NCBI GenBank assembly: GCA_965203515.1
Contig: OZ241907.1
Span: forward strand, 2,528,001 to 2,592,000
Direction of reading: 5' to 3'
DNA from: Spirochaetia bacterium
GTDB taxonomy: Bacteria; Spirochaetota; Spirochaetia; SZUA-6; Bin103
DNA: 64,000 nt
Under the pieces are notes generated by a model. It was not told the origin of the DNA. It made no database searches and worked only from the letters and a program-made list of their open reading frames with translations. Position numbers and translations under genes: made by a program. This document shows, one piece after another, positions 59,999 to 64,000 of this stretch (positions are counted from its first letter, which is position 1; each line of letters starts with the position of its first letter).

Positions 59999-61090
59999 TC
60001 AGCTCTCCCGATCTGACGCGTGGGTCTGTCGGCGGAGCAACTCGAACGCCTCCTGGTCGAAGCCTGTAGCCTGCGTGATGACCGGCCACGCGACGCCGGC
60101 GCGCAGAAAGCTCTCGATCGTGGCTACTTGGCCCTTCAGCTCGCCTTCCTGCCGGCCTTCCTGCCGGCCTTCCTGCCGGCCCTCCTGCCGGCCTTTCAGC
60201 ACGCCTTCCTGGATGCCTTCCTGCCGGCCTTCCTGCCGGCCTTCCTGCCGGCCTTTCAGCACGCCTTCCTGGATGCCTTCCAGACGGCCTTCCTGGATCA
60301 GCTGCTCCCCATACGTATTCATATCTCCTCCTGGTCCCCGTACTTCCCGCCGCAGCGCCGCGCCGAACTCCCGCAACGTCTCCTCATCCTGCGTGCGGAG
60401 CACGTACAACACCACCACCGCGAACCGTTCGCTCTGTCCCGCCCGGTCCAACTCTCCCATGAGCTGCACCGCCGTCTCCAGCGCTTCCCGCATCTCGCGG
60501 TGCGCCGCCGCCATCAGCGCAAGCTGCGCCAACCGGCCCAACGGTTCGCCCCGTACCGCTCCTACGCCCGTCTGCGACTGGTCCACCAGCAGGTGCGTGA
60601 ACTGGGGCGTCCAGGGCCACTCCCTGACCGGTTTCGCAAACAAGTCGCTGAACTGGGTCGCATGGCGCCAGCGGGACTCACCCTGATAGAACACCAGCGG
60701 CACGATCGGCGGCAAGTCCGGTGTCTCCTCCGCTTCGTCAGAGCGCAAGAAATCATCCCAGATGCGGCAGCAGTACTTCAGCAGCCGGAATCGCATCCAC
60801 CGATCCGGCCGCGATTGGTGCTCGAACAGCAGATAGAGCCGCAGCGAACGCGGCTCGTCACCCGGCTCCGCGACGCCTGGGCGCTGCTCGACCGCGTACA
60901 GCAGGTCGGACTCGCTGGCCCGCAGGTCGTCGTCCACGTAGCTGTCGTTCATCAGCGTCAGGCTGGACCAGTTCAGCGTATCGGCGAGCCACGACGGCAC
61001 ATGGGCGCGCAGCAAGCCAGCCGCTTCGGCCGGCTCGGAGAACACCTTGCGAAACAGACGGTCATGCGGCTGGTGCAGGTCGCGCGTCAT
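59999..61090 (-). CDS. Rpn family recombination-promoting nuclease / YhgA-like protein
   Basis: HQPHDRLFRKVF, SYVDDDL..SDLLY, LFEHQS, MRFRLLKY and IVPLVFYQG; C-terminal QEG repeats. Confidence 0.92.
   Translation of the reverse strand: MTRDLHQPHDRLFRKVFSEPAEAAGLLRAHVPSWLADTLNWSSLTLMNDSYVDDDLRASESDLLYAVEQRPGVAEPGDEPRSLRLYLLFEHQSRPDRWMRFRLLKYCCRIWDDFLRSDEAEETPDLPPIVPLVFYQGESRWRHATQFSDLFAKPVREWPWTPQFTHLLVDQSQTGVGAVRGEPLGRLAQLALMAAAHREMREALETAVQLMGELDRAGQSERFAVVVLYVLRTQDEETLREFGAALRREVRGPGGDMNTYGEQLIQEGRLEGIQEGVLKGRQEGRQEGRQEGIQEGVLKGRQEGRQEGRQEGRQEGELKGQVATIESFLRAGVAWPVITQATGFDQEAFELLRRQTHASDRES
60134..60296 (-). repeat. 12-bp coding tandem repeats (RQEG) with a higher-order 60-bp duplication
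   Basis: CCTTCCTGCCGG units; EGIQEGVLKGRQEGRQEGRQ occurs twice. Confidence 0.88.
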
Positions 61091-63999
61091 GCGTGGTGCC
61101 GTACAGGCGGCTGGCTGATTGCGGCGTCGAAGTCTTCCTGCAGGGTGTAGACGTCGGTGAGCTCGGCGAAGGACCAGCGGCCGCAGGAACGCAGTCCGTT
61201 CACTCCCGGCACCCAGCAGGTCTCCATGGTCTCCTTCTTTTCCTTGGCGTCCTCGCGCCGGTAGCCTTTGATCTCGACCACCAGGTGGAGCGGGTCGTCA
61301 TCGCCGCGGCCGTCGTCGACCAGCACGATGAAGTCGGGGAGGTAGGTGCGCGCCTCGGCGCCGCAGCGATAGGGCACTTCCAGTCCCAGGCCGTGGTTCT
61401 TGACGTAGGCGCGGACCCGCGGGTGCGATTCGACGAAGCGGCAGAACTCCGCCTCCCAGTCGCTGTCGCACACCACCCAGTTCACGTGGCAGCGGCGCGG
61501 ATCGGTCTGCCAGCGGGTCTGCCTGGAGGTGGTGAAGTTGACGTGGATCGTCGAACCGGCCGGGTTGTAGGGGTCGAGCACGGCCGTGACGGGGCGCTCG
61601 CCGACGTGGCGCGCCACGATGCCGCGCGTGATGCGCTGGCAGGCGCGTTCCGCCAGTTCCCGGTAGATCAACTGGGCGGGAAAGGTGCCGCCCTTGCAGA
61701 TCAGGTGATCGGTCAGCCACTGCCGCGTGATGCGCTTGAGCTGGCCGAACAGATGCAGCTTCGGCTCCTCGCCGGGATCGCGCCAATGTTGTTCCAGCAG
61801 CGTCTTGGTGAGGTGGTAGGTCACCGTCGAGGGGCGCATCGCCTTGAGATGGTCAAGGCTGAGATCGACCCCCTCGCCGATGATCCCCTCGTTGCGGGTG
61901 ATGGACGGTCCCACCAGCTCCGGCGTGAGCACCAGCGTCGAGTCTTCGGTGAACGCCGCGGCGACGTGCTCCTCCGGCAGTTCCACGCGGTAGCCCCGCA
62001 CGTGCGGGAAGCGGAGCTCGCAGCCGTCCCGGTCCGGCGTGACCGCCTTGACGGTTACGGTGGCGCGCGCCCTCTGCGGTCTGGCGACCACCGGTTCGGC
62101 GGTGAAGTCGAACGGGATGCCGAGCACGTCGGCGTACTCGACGTCGAACCGCCCCTCCTCGTTCAGTTCATAGGACTGCCGGCGCAGAGCGCGGCCCACG
62201 ACCTGCTCGCACAGAAGCTGGGTGCCGAACGCGCGCACGCCGAGGACGTGGGTGACGGTGCGCGCGTCCCAACCCTCGGTGAGCATGGCGACCGATACCA
62301 CGCAGCGGGTCTCGCCCCCCAGCCGGCCGGCCATGCCGACCGTGTTCATCACCTCGCGCAGCAGGTCCTGGTCGGAGAGCGCCTCCGCCTGGCGGCGGTC
62401 GCCGGTGCGCTCGACGATCTCGCGCCGGAAGCGCGCGATCTCGTCGCCCGCGGCGGCCCGGAAGTCGGCGCCGAGCGCCTCCCCGGAGTCGAGCTGCTCG
62501 CTGTCGATCAGCAGGGTGCGCGGCCGGGCGAGCTGATTGCCATACTCGTCGAAGTTGCGAAACAGCGCCAGGCGCCCGTTCTCCAGCGTGGTGGAGCCGT
62601 CCTCGTTGCGGCGCTCGAAGCCGGCGATGTAGTCGTACACCAGCTTCGAGGTCGCGGTGTTGTTGCAGACCACGATGAAGCAGGGCGGCGCCTCGATGCC
62701 CGCCTCCCGCCACTGCTCGAAGGTCGCGGCGTAGTGGCCGTAGAGCGCTTCGAGCGCGGTCTGCAGCTCCACCGGGATGTTCAAGGGATCGAGGCCGCCC
62801 GCCTTGCCGCGGCCCTTGCGCGGCATGCGCCGGCCGACGTGCGCCCACAGGTTGCGGAACTTGGGCACGTCGGCGCCGGGGATGTTGTCGGCCACCGGCA
62901 CGCGCGGCAGCTTGACGATCCCGCACTCGATCGCGTCCATCAGCGAGAAGTCGCTCATCGTCCACGGGAACAGCGTCCCCTCGGCATAGCCGGAACCGCG
63001 CAGGAAGAAGGGCGTGGCCGACAGGTCGATGACGCGGCTCAGGCCGAGCTTGCGCTGCACCGCCTCCAGGCCGGATATCCAGACCCGCGCCGCTTCCTGG
63101 TTCTTCTCCGCCTCCTTGCGGTCTTCCCCCTTGAGGTCGCCTTCCTCGCTCTCCTCCCGGGGGCGCTCGCGGTAGCAGTGGTGCGCCTCGTCGTTGAACG
63201 CCAGCACCCGCTTCATGCCCATGAGGTCGGGCATGACCCGCTGCAGCATCTGCCCCTCGGTCTCCTGCGTGCGCAGCTCCGGGCCGCGGCCCTGCAGCAG
63301 GGCGCGCCCGCCGCGCGAGAGCTCCTGCGTCTCGCGGCGCATGAAGGCGTGGTAGTTGGTGATGACGATCTTGGCCCGGTGCAGGTCGCCGAGCAGATCG
63401 CGCGGCACCAGCTCGCGGCTGCGGTAGTAGCTGTCCGGGTCGTTGGGCTGCAGCACGCGCAGCCGGTCGCGGATGGTCAGCCCCGGCGTGACCACGAGAA
63501 AGCCGCGCGTGAACCGGCGGCTGCCGGGATGGCGCACCGCGTTGATCGTCTGCCAGGCGATCAGCATGGCCATGACGGTGGTCTTGCCGGCGCCGGTGGC
63601 GAGCTTGAGCGCCAGCCGGGCGAGGGCCGGGTTGGCTTGCTCGTTCACCCTCTCCAGGTGGTCGAGGAACTGCCGCCCGCGCGCCCCGGCCGGCGCCGCC
63701 TCGGTCAGCCAGATCACCGTCTCGGCGGCTTCCACCTGACAGAAGAACGGCCGCAGGCCGCTGAACCGGTGATGCCGCCAGTGGTCCAGCAGGCGCGCGG
63801 TCTCCGGCGTGACCCGCCAGCGGGCGCGCGGCAGCCGCCGCCACTCGTCCACGGCGCGGCGCACGCTGTCGATGAGCGCCGACAGGTCGTATTGCTGGCC
63901 GTCGGCCTCCAACCCGGCCGCCGCGGTGTCGAACACGATCTCGCGCTGCCGGCCGCGCTGCTTGCGGACCGGCGGGATCGGCGTGATGAACGAGACGCG
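61087..63999 (-). CDS. Type III-like restriction endonuclease Res subunit (SF2 helicase plus PD-(D/E)xK); 5' end lies beyond the window
   Basis: LKLATGAGKT, NDEAHH, DLSATPF, MLTEGWD, EQVVGRALRR and YLPDFIV..VEIKG; frame stays open to the window edge. Confidence 0.92.
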   Translation of the reverse strand, partial: RVSFITPIPPVRKQRGRQREIVFDTAAAGLEADGQQYDLSALIDSVRRAVDEWRRLPRARWRVTPETARLLDHWRHHRFSGLRPFFCQVEAAETVIWLTEAAPAGARGRQFLDHLERVNEQANPALARLALKLATGAGKTTVMAMLIAWQTINAVRHPGSRRFTRGFLVVTPGLTIRDRLRVLQPNDPDSYYRSRELVPRDLLGDLHRAKIVITNYHAFMRRETQELSRGGRALLQGRGPELRTQETEGQMLQRVMPDLMGMKRVLAFNDEAHHCYRERPREESEEGDLKGEDRKEAEKNQEAARVWISGLEAVQRKLGLSRVIDLSATPFFLRGSGYAEGTLFPWTMSDFSLMDAIECGIVKLPRVPVADNIPGADVPKFRNLWAHVGRRMPRKGRGKAGGLDPLNIPVELQTALEALYGHYAATFEQWREAGIEAPPCFIVVCNNTATSKLVYDYIAGFERRNEDGSTTLENGRLALFRNFDEYGNQLARPRTLLIDSEQLDSGEALGADFRAAAGDEIARFRREIVERTGDRRQAEALSDQDLLREVMNTVGMAGRLGGETRCVVSVAMLTEGWDARTVTHVLGVRAFGTQLLCEQVVGRALRRQSYELNEEGRFDVEYADVLGIPFDFTAEPVVARPQRARATVTVKAVTPDRDGCELRFPHVRGYRVELPEEHVAAAFTEDSTLVLTPELVGPSITRNEGIIGEGVDLSLDHLKAMRPSTVTYHLTKTLLEQHWRDPGEEPKLHLFGQLKRITRQWLTDHLICKGGTFPAQLIYRELAERACQRITRGIVARHVGERPVTAVLDPYNPAGSTIHVNFTTSRQTRWQTDPRRCHVNWVVCDSDWEAEFCRFVESHPRVRAYVKNHGLGLEVPYRCGAEARTYLPDFIVLVDDGRGDDDPLHLVVEIKGYRREDAKEKKETMETCWVPGVNGLRSCGRWSFAELTDVYTLQEDFDAAISQPPVRHHA

Positions 64000-64000
64000 G

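Noticed and set aside
60134..60296. Rpn C-terminal repeats (also 57714-57826) as CRISPR or DGR repeats
   Set aside because: In-frame 12-bp coding repeats typical of Rpn tails; no spacers and no reverse transcriptase

Overview
High-GC bacterial chromosomal window. The secreted Sel1-repeat protein, two Rpn/YhgA genes and the style of the sugar-binding protein suggest a host-associated organism, possibly a high-GC spirochaete; this is inference only. Positions 1-21 kb hold housekeeping and catabolic genes: glnA, ndk, an ABC-2 exporter, a MetE-like enzyme, a sialidase-like protein with a sugar ABC importer, a vanadium haloperoxidase-like protein, YcaQ, a GT4, aroC and two aldolases. Positions 21-25.9 kb are an AT-richer islet with a HicAB-like pair, a transposase scrap, an unannotated coupled two-gene unit (glycine-zipper helical protein plus PD-QxK nuclease-like/glycine-zipper protein) and a decayed IS3. 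Positions 26-45 kb hold the Sel1 protein, polA, ilvBN, fchA-folD, a DEAD-box helicase and a PyrR-regulated pyrR-pyrB-pyrC-carA-carB-pyrK-pyrD operon. Positions 45-64 kb are one co-oriented defence island. Its type III-like res and mod genes are split by cargo (Rpn, ABC ATPase, Rpn, three-gene Lamassu, MNT-HEPN) and followed by a DUF5131 radical-SAM-like/TcmP methyltransferase-like pair, an ATPase lacking Walker A and a RelE-like/UvrD fusion. The best candidates for undescribed systems are the 22.4-24.8 kb two-gene unit and the mod-DUF5131-TcmP-ATPase-helicase tail. No rRNA, tRNA, CRISPR array or integrase was seen.
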